Part shown: positions 49,051 through 57,711 of the stretch, in pieces | Numbering within the stretch: position 1 is the stretch's first letter | Layout: each line of letters opens with the position of its first letter | Virus record (IMG/VR): IMGVR_UViG_3300029288_007050 | Span: 65,157-129,156 of that record | DNA length: 64,000 nt | DNA from: a virus | Lineage: Duplodnaviria; Caudoviricetes | Direction: 5' to 3' (one strand) | Translations under genes and position numbers: made by a program | The notes under the pieces: model-generated | Told to the model about the DNA's origin: nothing | Database searches by the model: none | Seen by the model: only the letters and a program-made list of their open reading frames with translations

Positions 49051-49712
49051 AAATAAAAAAAGGCACTCTAGTTCAAGTAAATCATTCTCGTTCTGGTAAT
49101 TGGAAAGCATTAGCTACAAAAGATTTTGATACTAAAAAAGACGAATGGTACCCATTGCAATTAGTCGACGAAGAAGTCAATGGTATGTCGACATCTTGGA
49201 TTAAGGGAGATGAGATGCCAGCAAGACGAGGTCATTGTACAATTGAAATAGTAAGCGACATAAAAAAGGGAGCGTCAGAATCTAAAATGATTGACATCTC
49301 ACAATTCGGAAAAGACCACTGGAGTTTGTTAGCATATTGCGAATATCGAGCCGTAAATGATAAAGGGCGCTTAGACTTAAAACATCTTCGTTGTAAAAAT
49401 CTCAATGTCGCTACTACTTCACTCGGGCAAAACTTTTGGAAACCAGAATATGGAACTAGACTGAAAGGTTATTTTTCGAATCCAATAAAATATAAAGGAA
49501 AGAAAGTTAAAGTCACCAACAGTAGATATTTACTAAAGAACCACGACGACTTTGATTGTCTAAATGATTTAGACCACGCTGGCTTGATTGAAAACCTTGG
49601 GACAATGTTAAACCCATTTGTCAAACTAACTGAGAAAGGACAGCGCGTAGCAGCGCTATTGTCAGTGCATAAACAGAATGGCGGCCATTTCACCGACTTC
49701 GTGTTTGAATAA
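49047..49712 (+). CDS. Hypothetical protein
   Basis: 221 aa; FGKDHWSLLAY, HDDFDCLNDL. Confidence 0.7.
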   Translation: MKIKKGTLVQVNHSRSGNWKALATKDFDTKKDEWYPLQLVDEEVNGMSTSWIKGDEMPARRGHCTIEIVSDIKKGASESKMIDISQFGKDHWSLLAYCEYRAVNDKGRLDLKHLRCKNLNVATTSLGQNFWKPEYGTRLKGYFSNPIKYKGKKVKVTNSRYLLKNHDDFDCLNDLDHAGLIENLGTMLNPFVKLTEKGQRVAALLSVHKQNGGHFTDFVFE

Positions 49713-49716
49713 TAAT

Positions 49717-49947
49717 ATGATGATAACTTGTCCAATCTGCAAAAAGAAGTTTTTAAGACATTCGGTCAAACTGCATATCATCAATGCAGCAAAAGGTGAA
49801 GCATATCGAGGAATGGTGAACCTTCTAAGAATAGCAAAAAACAAACCTTATCATTTCAGTCCAGCAGTTATGTTAAGACAAATGCCTCACCTTGCTTTCA
49901 TTCGGAGAAATATGAGAACGAAACAGTTTTTCAAAATAGACTTCTAA
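49717..49947 (+). CDS. Zn-finger hypothetical protein
   Basis: CPICKK...HI. Confidence 0.55.
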   Translation: MMITCPICKKKFLRHSVKLHIINAAKGEAYRGMVNLLRIAKNKPYHFSPAVMLRQMPHLAFIRRNMRTKQFFKIDF

Positions 49948-49951
49948 GGTA

Positions 49952-49980
49952 TTTACAAATATTGTATAATATGGTATAAT
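49952..49980 (+). promoter_or_regulatory. Early promoter (leaderless start follows)
   Basis: TTTACA-17-TATAAT; ATG 6 nt downstream. Confidence 0.8.
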
Positions 49981-49986
49981 ATAAAT

Positions 49987-50355
49987 ATGGATAAACTAAA
50001 AAACAAAAAAATAAGGAAAGAAAGATGTCTATTATGCGGAAGACTGACAACTAAATTCTGGGTAGTTGGTGGAGACTATGACCATTTGAAACCCTATCAT
50101 CAGAAATGTAGAAACAAATTAGTTTCAGTTATTTTGAAAAACGCTGGATTATTAGATGCGAGTAAAAAGAGCAAAACGACTGAAGCTGAAAATTCTAAAA
50201 TAATGAAAGAACAAAAAGACTTCAGAGACGAAATGAAAATGAGAAGGAAGCCCTATCAATGGAAGACAAAGACAGAGCTAATCGATAAGATTCTAGAACT
50301 CGAAACAAAAGTAAAAGACTTAGACATATTAGTCAATCATTACAAATTAAATTAA
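49987..50355 (+). CDS. Zn-finger/coiled-coil hypothetical protein
   Basis: CLLC..HQKC. Confidence 0.6.
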   Translation: MDKLKNKKIRKERCLLCGRLTTKFWVVGGDYDHLKPYHQKCRNKLVSVILKNAGLLDASKKSKTTEAENSKIMKEQKDFRDEMKMRRKPYQWKTKTELIDKILELETKVKDLDILVNHYKLN

Positions 50356-50362
50356 AACAATT

Positions 50363-50530
50363 ATGTTTTACTGTGAAAAATGTAGAATAAAAAAGAACTG
50401 GCCTGAAAGTATCTCAAAATCATACGGTCGCTGTGAAATTTGCAAAAAGACAGAAGAATGCAATGACGTTCCTAGCAAAAGACTACCTAAACAAGCCAAT
50501 AGAAAAGAAATCGAAATAAGAACAGTATGA
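50363..50530 (+). CDS. Small Cys-rich protein (not in ORF track)
   Basis: MFYCEKCRIKKNWPESISKSYGRCEICKK. Confidence 0.6.
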   Translation: MFYCEKCRIKKNWPESISKSYGRCEICKKTEECNDVPSKRLPKQANRKEIEIRTV

Positions 50531-50979
50531 AAAAAGTTTTAATCGATAATGTTGAATACATTCCAGCTAGTTCTAAAAAAGAGTTGATTGAAAAGCTAAA
50601 AAAATTAGTCAACTTTAAAACTGGCGACGGCCACGGCTATCCGATTACTTCAAAAGATTTAAGACAGAACGAAAAAGATTATGGTAGAATAGAAGATGGA
50701 TTGCCCTTTTTCTGTGAGTCTACTCTATATACTCTGATGGGAAAAGAAGATGCTAGAACACTATTAGGTGCTCTACATTTTCTTACTAAAGTTTGTGGAG
50801 TCGAATTAGATGATTTATACATAACAGATGAGAAATACATCAAAGAACTTCAAAAAGAATTCGACGAACTTACTAAGAAAATAAAAAAGACAGAAATAGA
50901 TGATTCTGAATATAGATATATGCTTGACAGACGCAACGATATAAAGAGAGAAATAGAAAGACTCAAACGAAATCTATGA
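50527..50979 (+). CDS. Hypothetical protein
   Basis: 150-aa ORF. Confidence 0.7.
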   Translation: MKKVLIDNVEYIPASSKKELIEKLKKLVNFKTGDGHGYPITSKDLRQNEKDYGRIEDGLPFFCESTLYTLMGKEDARTLLGALHFLTKVCGVELDDLYITDEKYIKELQKEFDELTKKIKKTEIDDSEYRYMLDRRNDIKREIERLKRNL

Positions 50980-51239
50980 ATAAAGAACTTATAAGAAAAT
51001 GTGAGCATTGCGGAAGATATTATTATGCCACAATGCCTCATTTTATGAAAGCTGGCAATCATTGTGATGGGCTAGAAAAAATAGAGAACGACTTCAGAAC
51101 TCTAAATAACATTCCGACTTGGGAAGTCTGGCACTTGTCGATTAGTACAATAGACTATATGATTAGTTTTGATTATGACCAAGAAGCAAGTGTTAGAAAC
51201 TTTATGCGTTTGGTCGGAAAGAAATTAGAGTTAATATGA
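50976..51239 (+). CDS. Hypothetical protein
   Basis: 87 aa with CEHC. Confidence 0.6.
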   Translation: MNKELIRKCEHCGRYYYATMPHFMKAGNHCDGLEKIENDFRTLNNIPTWEVWHLSISTIDYMISFDYDQEASVRNFMRLVGKKLELI

Positions 51240-51427
51240 AAAAAATAATTAAGATTTTAGGAATAATTCTAGTCTTTGCGACTTTCTTCACTTATACTAA
51301 CAGATGGTTCTATCCAGACGAAGTCTCTTCATTGTGGATATTATTTTCTTTCTGGAAGTGGATATTCTTCAGTGGAATCATTTTAATACTTATCTCTGGA
51401 AGCATTCAAAGATATGAAAAAGTATAA
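51236..51427 (+). CDS. Small 2-TM membrane protein
   Basis: Two hydrophobic segments. Confidence 0.6.
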   Translation: MKKIIKILGIILVFATFFTYTNRWFYPDEVSSLWILFSFWKWIFFSGIILILISGSIQRYEKV

Positions 51428-51581
51428 AATCACTTACCAATCGATGACAGCTTTCTATGAGCTTGGTTATGTATATGCTAATACTAAAGACGAAGCAGAA
51501 AGAATAGCTAGAGCAAAAGCTACTGCTTTTTCACAAGCTGAAAAATGTCTAATCAAAGCATCTGAAGTAAATGAAAAATAA
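51414..51581 (+). CDS. Small protein (not in ORF track)
   Basis: MKKYKITY...VYANTKDEAERIA, 55 aa. Confidence 0.55.
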   Translation: MKKYKITYQSMTAFYELGYVYANTKDEAERIARAKATAFSQAEKCLIKASEVNEK

Positions 51582-51825
51582 AATATGGGAAAAACCAAAA
51601 AATGAGAGAGAATTAGTCGCTTGGTATCTTATAGCTATACATCACCGAGCTGAAGAAGAAGCTAGTGGTGAGTTAGGTTTCAAAAACGATAGTGCTGTGA
51701 ATACTTTAAATTGTCTTTCGACTCATTCCATCTTTAAAATAATTAGACTAGTACTCACTGAAATCAAAAACAAAGAAAGAGTTCTTTATGAAGAAGAGAA
51801 AAATAAAGTCTCTGTCAAAGACTGA
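51571..51825 (+). CDS. Hypothetical protein
   Basis: 84-aa ORF. Confidence 0.6.
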   Translation: MKNKIWEKPKNERELVAWYLIAIHHRAEEEASGELGFKNDSAVNTLNCLSTHSIFKIIRLVLTEIKNKERVLYEEEKNKVSVKD

Positions 51826-51841
51826 AATGCTTTTATAGGTA

Positions 51842-51870
51842 TTTACAAATACAGAGATATATGGTATAAT
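51842..51870 (+). promoter_or_regulatory. Early promoter
   Basis: TTTACA-17-TATAAT with TG extension. Confidence 0.8.
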
Positions 51871-51916
51871 ATAAAATGTAAAGGTCGATAACCTAAACAA
51901 TTCTTAAAACACCTTT

Positions 51917-52501
51917 ATGAAAAAAACAGAAAATATAGCAATCGAAGATACTATCAACAAAGAAACAAAACCAGTTTCTTTGATGGTGTCAAAAGCAGAC
52001 AAGTTAGTTTTAGTAAAAACTGACGACGATGTCGTTAAAGCAACTGAGTTTCTTGTTCAAGTCAAATCTAAAATAGATTCATTAGAAGAAGAAAGGCAAA
52101 GTTATACTAAGCCAATCAATGAATCTCTCAGAAGACTTAATGCTAGATTCAAAGAACTCACTGAACCTTTGAAGAAAGCAGAAAAAGCAGTAAAAGAAGC
52201 AATTCTTTCTTATCGAGCGATAAGAGAAGAAGAAAGACTCAAAGAACAAGCAAGGCTCCAAAAGAAAAATGGAAACAAAGATATAGCTTTAACAGACGCT
52301 CTGCCTGACATTGTCGAAAGTAAATCTGGTGAATCAAGAACTTCAAAACGTTGGGTGTTTGAAATCGTAGATGAGAAAAAAATACCGAGAGAATACTTAA
52401 AAGTCGACGAAGTAAAAGTCACTGATGCAATAAGCAAAGGTGAAAGAAAGATAGCTGGTTTGAAAATCTTCCAAAAAGAAACACTGTCTATCTATAAGTA
52501 A
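51917..52501 (+). CDS. Phage coiled-coil protein (gp157/Gam-like C-terminus)
   Basis: Coiled coil followed by WVFEIVDEKKIPREYLKVDE..I..G..IAGLKI. Confidence 0.6.
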   Translation: MKKTENIAIEDTINKETKPVSLMVSKADKLVLVKTDDDVVKATEFLVQVKSKIDSLEEERQSYTKPINESLRRLNARFKELTEPLKKAEKAVKEAILSYRAIREEERLKEQARLQKKNGNKDIALTDALPDIVESKSGESRTSKRWVFEIVDEKKIPREYLKVDEVKVTDAISKGERKIAGLKIFQKETLSIYK

Positions 52502-52534
52502 ATCTTATTGCTACTTATCATTAAGTCTTAACGT

Positions 52535-52861
52535 ATGAAAAGAATCAAACTATTACCTTTTATCGTCTTGTTTATTCTTATTTCAGTTGGGATATTCTTT
52601 CTTGCTACTAACGTCAAGAAGACGAGCCAGCAAGATAACGAACAAATATTGCAATCTGTAAATGAGAAAAAATTAGAAGAAATTCGTAGTAGAGAGAGCA
52701 TTAAGCGACAACAGGAACTTATCGTTCAAGAGACTTTCTTAATAGAAGAAAAAGATAGAATCAAGAACGAGAAAGAAGAAGCAATAAAACAATTCGATGC
52801 TCAAACGGAAGACATCGAAAAACAACTAGAAGCAGTCAGAGAAGAACAAATAACTTTTTAG
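52535..52861 (+). CDS. Signal-anchor coiled-coil protein (N-part of a probable frameshift fusion)
   Basis: N-terminal TM; ends ACT TTT TAG. Confidence 0.75.
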   Translation: MKRIKLLPFIVLFILISVGIFFLATNVKKTSQQDNEQILQSVNEKKLEEIRSRESIKRQQELIVQETFLIEEKDRIKNEKEEAIKQFDAQTEDIEKQLEAVREEQITF

Positions 52862-53220
52862 TATCCCCGGAGGCTAAGCTAATCGCTGAAGCGATAAAGC
52901 AAACAGAATCTGAGGGAGGGGTTCTGTGCGGAAGGGGAAAATCAGGCGAACTTGGGTGTTATCAGTTTTTACCTGGTACTTGGGAACTATTCTCTAAAGA
53001 AGTCATTGGTTATCTCGCTCCTTTAACACCCGCAAACGAAGAATACGTCGCAGCAATCAAAATCGAAAAATGGTTGCGTGACGGTCATTCTATAAAACAG
53101 ATTGCTTTGCTATGGAATCAAGGACATCTCTCAAGTTGTAAATCTGGTGTAAACGAATATGGTGTAGAATTCGATTCCTGTGAATATGTCGATGAAGTAT
53201 TAAAAAATCTTAATAACTAA
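52855..53220 (+). CDS. Lytic transglycosylase (lysozyme-fold) domain in the -1 frame, with no start codon of its own
   Basis: AIKQTESEG..GELGCYQFLPGTW..IALLWNQG..YVDEV; no ATG/GTG/TTG between the in-frame TAG at 52756 and the catalytic ES motif. Confidence 0.75.
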   Translation, partial: FLVSPEAKLIAEAIKQTESEGGVLCGRGKSGELGCYQFLPGTWELFSKEVIGYLAPLTPANEEYVAAIKIEKWLRDGHSIKQIALLWNQGHLSSCKSGVNEYGVEFDSCEYVDEVLKNLNN

Positions 53221-53221
53221 T

Positions 53222-53347
53222 ATGCCTAAAAAATCAGAAGCAACAAGACAGTGTGAGATGGCGTGGAAAAGAGGTTTACAATGCGGCCTGACCATAGGTA
53301 TCATTGGAACTCTGATTGTAGCAGGAATCATTAAACTATTTTTCTAA
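53222..53347 (+). CDS. Small membrane protein (not in ORF track)
   Basis: 41 aa with a C-terminal hydrophobic helix. Confidence 0.5.
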   Translation: MPKKSEATRQCEMAWKRGLQCGLTIGIIGTLIVAGIIKLFF

Positions 53348-53351
53348 ATAT

Positions 53352-54113
53352 ATGAACTCTTATGATTTTCCAGTCGAGTTAGCACCAATCAAAGCTAACA
53401 ATATAGTCATACCAAAAAAAGTCGCAGTAATTCGAACAGACACTAATAAACCCGTAGGTGTCGTCTCAAATGTTTATGGTTTGTTAAAACATAAAGACGT
53501 CGTTGACAGTTTTAGAGAAGCATTGAGCAATCAGAAATATGAAGAAAAGATAGAACTCATCAAAGAAGGAGCGCATTTGTTTGCAACCTATAAACTTCCA
53601 GAAATACAATACGAAGTTAAAAAAGGAGATTTTGTCGCAATGCAGTTCGTAGCAAAGAACTCATACGACGGGACGAAGTCTTTCTCATTGATGCTTGGCG
53701 CTCTACGACTCGTCTGTTTGAATGGAATGGTTATCGGCAAAGAATTCTTCAGCTATTCTCAAAGGCATATCTCTGCTGGCATAACTTTCGTAGACACTGG
53801 CAACTTAAAAGATAGAATCACTGAACTAGTATCTCATTTCAAAGACTCAATACCACTGATGACGAAGATGACAAATACGAAAATCAACTTTTCAGATGAA
53901 AGTTTGTTTGATGATAAAAAGCTTCAGATTCCAAAATATCTTCTTACTTCTGCAAAAGAAATCTTTGAAAAAAGAGCAGACGATAGTATATGGGAATACT
54001 ATAACTCATTGACTTACGCAATCACTCACGACCTCAAGAAAGATAGACCTCAAACTAGAATCGATTATACGAAACGTGCTTGGGTCGTCGCTTCAGAGTT
54101 ATTGAACGTTTAA
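53352..54113 (+). CDS. DUF932-like protein
   Basis: AVIRTDT..VGVVS..Y, NSYDGTKSF, RLVCLNGM, SQRH. Confidence 0.8.
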   Translation: MNSYDFPVELAPIKANNIVIPKKVAVIRTDTNKPVGVVSNVYGLLKHKDVVDSFREALSNQKYEEKIELIKEGAHLFATYKLPEIQYEVKKGDFVAMQFVAKNSYDGTKSFSLMLGALRLVCLNGMVIGKEFFSYSQRHISAGITFVDTGNLKDRITELVSHFKDSIPLMTKMTNTKINFSDESLFDDKKLQIPKYLLTSAKEIFEKRADDSIWEYYNSLTYAITHDLKKDRPQTRIDYTKRAWVVASELLNV

Positions 54114-54120
54114 AAATGAA

Positions 54121-54273
54121 GATAGGTTCGTTGATGCCACGCCAGACCGCTACTGGCTAGTGTGCCACCAGAAGATAAAATCGCGGAGCAGGAACAATAC
54201 CTGAGTAGTGATTTTATCTTCCGACACGAAAGGAAGGGGAGTAGCTCTCCCCGTGTGGCACCAGCGAATCTAT
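54121..54273 (+). ncRNA. Stem-enclosed multibranch ncRNA candidate
   Basis: GATAGGTTCGTTGATGCCAC / GTGGCACCAGCGAATCTATC; internal GAAGATAAAATCGC/GTGATTTTATCTTC and GGGGAG/CTCCCC. Confidence 0.6.
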
Positions 54274-54498
54274 CTCAAATACTTTCATCTAGAACGATGA
54301 ATAGTAAACAAAAGGTATAAAACATCAAGGCTCGGGTACAAAACTCTCTGAAGAGGTCTAGCTGCCCTTCCTGTATATCTTAGATGGACAGTCTGGTAGT
54401 AAAAAATCTTGATGTCTCCGATAACAGCAAACGAGACTGATATAAAACATCAATATCGCAGAGAAAATCATTCTAGAACGGTTCTACAAAACTAAAAT

Positions 54499-54530
54499 AG
54501 GTATAGAGAAAGCATCTCTCTATACCTTTT
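54499..54530. terminator. Intrinsic terminator between convergent units
   Basis: AGGTATAGAGA/TCTCTATACCT followed by a T run. Confidence 0.65.
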
Positions 54531-54575
54531 TAGATTATTAAAAGTATCAAAGTATCACTAAAATATAGTATGAGT

Positions 54576-56069
54576 TTACCAACCTTTAGGAATAGAAGAA
54601 CCTTCGTTGAATATCGATTTTTCGCCAGTAGATATTTTCCTTCTGACTTTTCCTTCTTGTTCGTCGTCATAAAAACCTACTAAATCTTTTACGCAATTTA
54701 TTGCTAGAACAATTGACCAAAAAGAATCACCGTGGCCCCATTTCGATTCGATTGCTTGCAAATCATTCGTCAAACAACATATCTGGTCGATAAGTCTTTC
54801 GTCATTGATTATTTCCATTTGCGAGCGTTCAACTAATTTATCGAAAGCTGCTGCACCAGCCGTTCTGAATTTATTCGTAAATACCATAGGTATCATTTCT
54901 TTTGGAAGCAAACCTTGTTCTGCGAACGATTCAAATTCTCCACGAGTGTTGTCATATCTGAGTTCTTTGATTTTGAAATTTTTAATAATCATCTTGAGAT
55001 ATTCTAGTTGAGTCGGGTGAGCTTCAAAAAACGTTTTGCCATTTGAATACGACCAGCCATCCATCCATTTTTGAAATATCATTATGAGTCTATTATTTCG
55101 GCACTCGAATACAGATAGATGCGACGGATGCGTTTTCTTTCCGATGTCGAATCCAGCGATGACGTCTGTTTCTGGTAGATAAGGCATTGTCGGTTTCCAC
55201 ATCGACAAATTTTTGTTAACTATTTTACTCATTATCTTTTCTTTCGAGAAGAAACTTTTTGTCGAATACACCGGAGTACACATATATTCTTTGCTGAAGA
55301 TTCTTTCAGTTCTTTCTTCTCGTTTCTTATACAGTTCTTCTAGACTCATCCATTCTGGCCAAAGAGCTCTTTCTTCTCCAGTGTCTGGGTCTTTTGATAT
55401 TGCTGGAAGTATCGATGTTTTAAAACGAGCAGTCACTGTTTTGTCAAAGAAAAAGTCTTCGTTAGTCTGAGGCGTACCGCATACGTGAAGTTCTCCATCT
55501 GGTTCTTTCGGCATATCCAAGATGTTTGATTTGAAGATTTCGTTAATTTTATAAATTATTAACGGGTTTAAGTCGTTCTCAGGGTCTTGAAAAGGGTCGT
55601 CGACAAAAATCAAATCACCGTGAATGCCTCTTTTGAACTGAACAAGACCGTGGGGTGATATAGTAGTAAAGTTTTTATTGTCCCAACTATATTTTAAAAC
55701 TGTTTCAGCAGTAGGTTTGTAATCTTTTAAATCTGCGAAATACGGATTTGCTTCGATACATTGTTTAATTTTATTGATGTGATACCCAGCTAATTCAGAG
55801 TTGTATGAAAAATAATGAGCTTCTATATTTGAAACAGAACCTTCGTACATCAATTTCCACATGAAGTAAGCGTAGAAAGAAAAAGATTTGAAATGATGTC
55901 TAGCACTAACACGAATAGTTCTTTTGCTCTGAGATAAAAAACGCGCCGTATTGTCGACGTGTTCTCCTTTAACGAAATGCTTGACGCTCAGACAAAAGAT
56001 ATTATTTACGAAAAAAGCAAAATCGTTAGATGCTTGAGATACTATTTTTATTTGTTCTGGTGTGAACAT
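54576..56069 (-). CDS. Terminase large subunit
   Basis: ARHHFKS Walker A, RGIHGDLIFVDDP, GTPQ, LWPEW, AGFDIG, HGDSFWS. Confidence 0.9.
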   Translation of the reverse strand: MFTPEQIKIVSQASNDFAFFVNNIFCLSVKHFVKGEHVDNTARFLSQSKRTIRVSARHHFKSFSFYAYFMWKLMYEGSVSNIEAHYFSYNSELAGYHINKIKQCIEANPYFADLKDYKPTAETVLKYSWDNKNFTTISPHGLVQFKRGIHGDLIFVDDPFQDPENDLNPLIIYKINEIFKSNILDMPKEPDGELHVCGTPQTNEDFFFDKTVTARFKTSILPAISKDPDTGEERALWPEWMSLEELYKKREERTERIFSKEYMCTPVYSTKSFFSKEKIMSKIVNKNLSMWKPTMPYLPETDVIAGFDIGKKTHPSHLSVFECRNNRLIMIFQKWMDGWSYSNGKTFFEAHPTQLEYLKMIIKNFKIKELRYDNTRGEFESFAEQGLLPKEMIPMVFTNKFRTAGAAAFDKLVERSQMEIINDERLIDQICCLTNDLQAIESKWGHGDSFWSIVLAINCVKDLVGFYDDEQEGKVRRKISTGEKSIFNEGSSIPKGW

Positions 56070-56225
56070 ACGTTTGCGTAGAATTTAGAGAAGAAGAATA
56101 CTGGTTAACTTCTTTCTTAGAGTATTTATAAAAAGATTTTCACAGCGACTCGCTCGCTTACACACATTCTTCGGAGTTCCACTCCGAGTTAGTTTATTGT
56201 TATAGAGTTTATATCTATTATATAT

Positions 56226-56320
56226 AGTTAATAAATGATAACATTTCGAACGCTGACCGCAGTTAATAAATGATAACATTGCCGTTAATAAATGATAAGT
56301 TTTGTTATCATTTATTAACT
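56226..56320. repeat. Iteron-like repeats (3 direct + 1 inverted)
   Basis: GTTAATAAATGATAA at 56227, 56262 and 56284; inverted copy within 56302-56320. Confidence 0.85.
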
Positions 56321-56991
56321 GCTCCTTCTGATGACTGAACGTATTCTAGTTCTTTATTATCATATCCGTTTTGAAAACTTCTTGCTACTCTAATGAGGCG
56401 TCTTTCTTTGTCTCTTTCTAATTCTTTTCTTTGAAATAATTCTCTTAACTGTCTACTAAGATTTGATGGCAGAATATTTAAGTCTTTAGCCATCTTCGTT
56501 TGATTTATTTTCGACCAGCCTTTTTCTTTGAAACGACCATAAAAATAGACAGCATGACAAATAGCATATTCTAAAAGAGACAAATCTAAGTCTTTGTCTA
56601 AACCATTCCAGTATTTAGTATATCTTAAATCTAGACTTTCAGTCGAACCTTCATAATCATACTCATATTTAGAAATAACTCTGTTCCATTTGTCAGTCGT
56701 TATGAGACCAGGTTTTTCATCATTTTCTCCGACACCAGTGTCGATGTTATCTCCAACGATAATCAGCTTTTTTCTTAAAACAGACAATACTACTCTTACT
56801 TGTTCAATCGAAATTCCCAGTTGTTCTGAGATGTATTCTCTCTTGAAGACGATTTTTCTCGTCCCTTCTTTGCAAAGTCTCCAGATTATATACGCAATAA
56901 GATATTGTTGAATAGTGAGTTTCAATTCTGCTTTAGCTCCGTGCCAAATCATACAATATCTCGGTATTTTGTTTTTCTCTTTTTTTGTCAT
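56308..56991 (-). CDS. Tandem winged-HTH protein, replication initiator-like
   Basis: Two HTH-like segments (REYISEQLGISIEQVR; QTKMAKDLNILPSNLSR); repeats at its 3' end. Confidence 0.6.
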   Translation of the reverse strand: MTKKEKNKIPRYCMIWHGAKAELKLTIQQYLIAYIIWRLCKEGTRKIVFKREYISEQLGISIEQVRVVLSVLRKKLIIVGDNIDTGVGENDEKPGLITTDKWNRVISKYEYDYEGSTESLDLRYTKYWNGLDKDLDLSLLEYAICHAVYFYGRFKEKGWSKINQTKMAKDLNILPSNLSRQLRELFQRKELERDKERRLIRVARSFQNGYDNKELEYVQSSEGAVNK

Positions 56992-57050
56992 TTCTGTTTA
57001 AATTCTTTTTCTAATAAAAATGCTAGTAATTCTTATCTAGCAGCAAACTA

Positions 57051-57079
57051 TTTACAAACATACTAGAATATGGTATAAT
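57051..57079 (+). promoter_or_regulatory. Early-type promoter firing antisense through 57096-57635
   Basis: TTTACA-17-TATAAT with TG extension. Confidence 0.75.
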
Positions 57080-57095
57080 ATGATAATGGATAGGT

Positions 57096-57635
57096 TTATT
57101 CTGTAGGTTCTTTCGTCTCTTCTATTTCTTCTGGTTTCTCGGCGACGATGGGTTTGGTAGTAGTAGCAACCGGTGCAGATTCAGTTTTCTTTCCAGCAGA
57201 TGCTTCTTGAATAAGTTTGAGAACTTGTCCAGTAGAAAGTTTAGAATCGTCTTCGTTTCCTTCTTCATAGATTTCTTGAAGTCTGAAAAGAGTCTTTTCA
57301 TCTTCTCTGATTTCTTTCATAAGAGAAACAATGAAGACATTATCTCGATATCTTTTCTTTTCTGTTTCACGTGCATATAGTTCTTTGCTTTTTTTCAATC
57401 TAACAGTGATTGCGTCAATAGCACCTTTAATCAAGTATTTTGAAGGAATCTTCAATTTATTGTCAATTACCCAGTGTATCGCACTCGAGACTTTGACTCT
57501 ACTGCAATTATGGTATCGACAAATGTCTACCCAGTCCCAACAAAGAACAAAATATTCGTGATAAATTTGAAGATATTCTTCTTGAGCGGCAGACAAAGAA
57601 AACTTTTCAATTGTTTGTGTAGATTCTTTTGCCAT
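57096..57635 (-). CDS. Putative terminase small subunit
   Basis: HTH-like N-terminus, helical core, same unit as terL. Confidence 0.5.
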   Translation of the reverse strand: MAKESTQTIEKFSLSAAQEEYLQIYHEYFVLCWDWVDICRYHNCSRVKVSSAIHWVIDNKLKIPSKYLIKGAIDAITVRLKKSKELYARETEKKRYRDNVFIVSLMKEIREDEKTLFRLQEIYEEGNEDDSKLSTGQVLKLIQEASAGKKTESAPVATTTKPIVAEKPEEIEETKEPTE

Positions 57636-57645
57636 GTTATTTACA

Positions 57646-57674
57646 ATTATACCACAGAAATAGAAACGAGTAAA
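57646..57674 (-). promoter_or_regulatory. Promoter of the terminase island
   Basis: TTTACT-17-TATAAT with TG extension on the minus strand. Confidence 0.65.
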
Positions 57675-57711
57675 ATATTATATGTAAAGATCAATAAAAT
57701 TAAACAAATCT

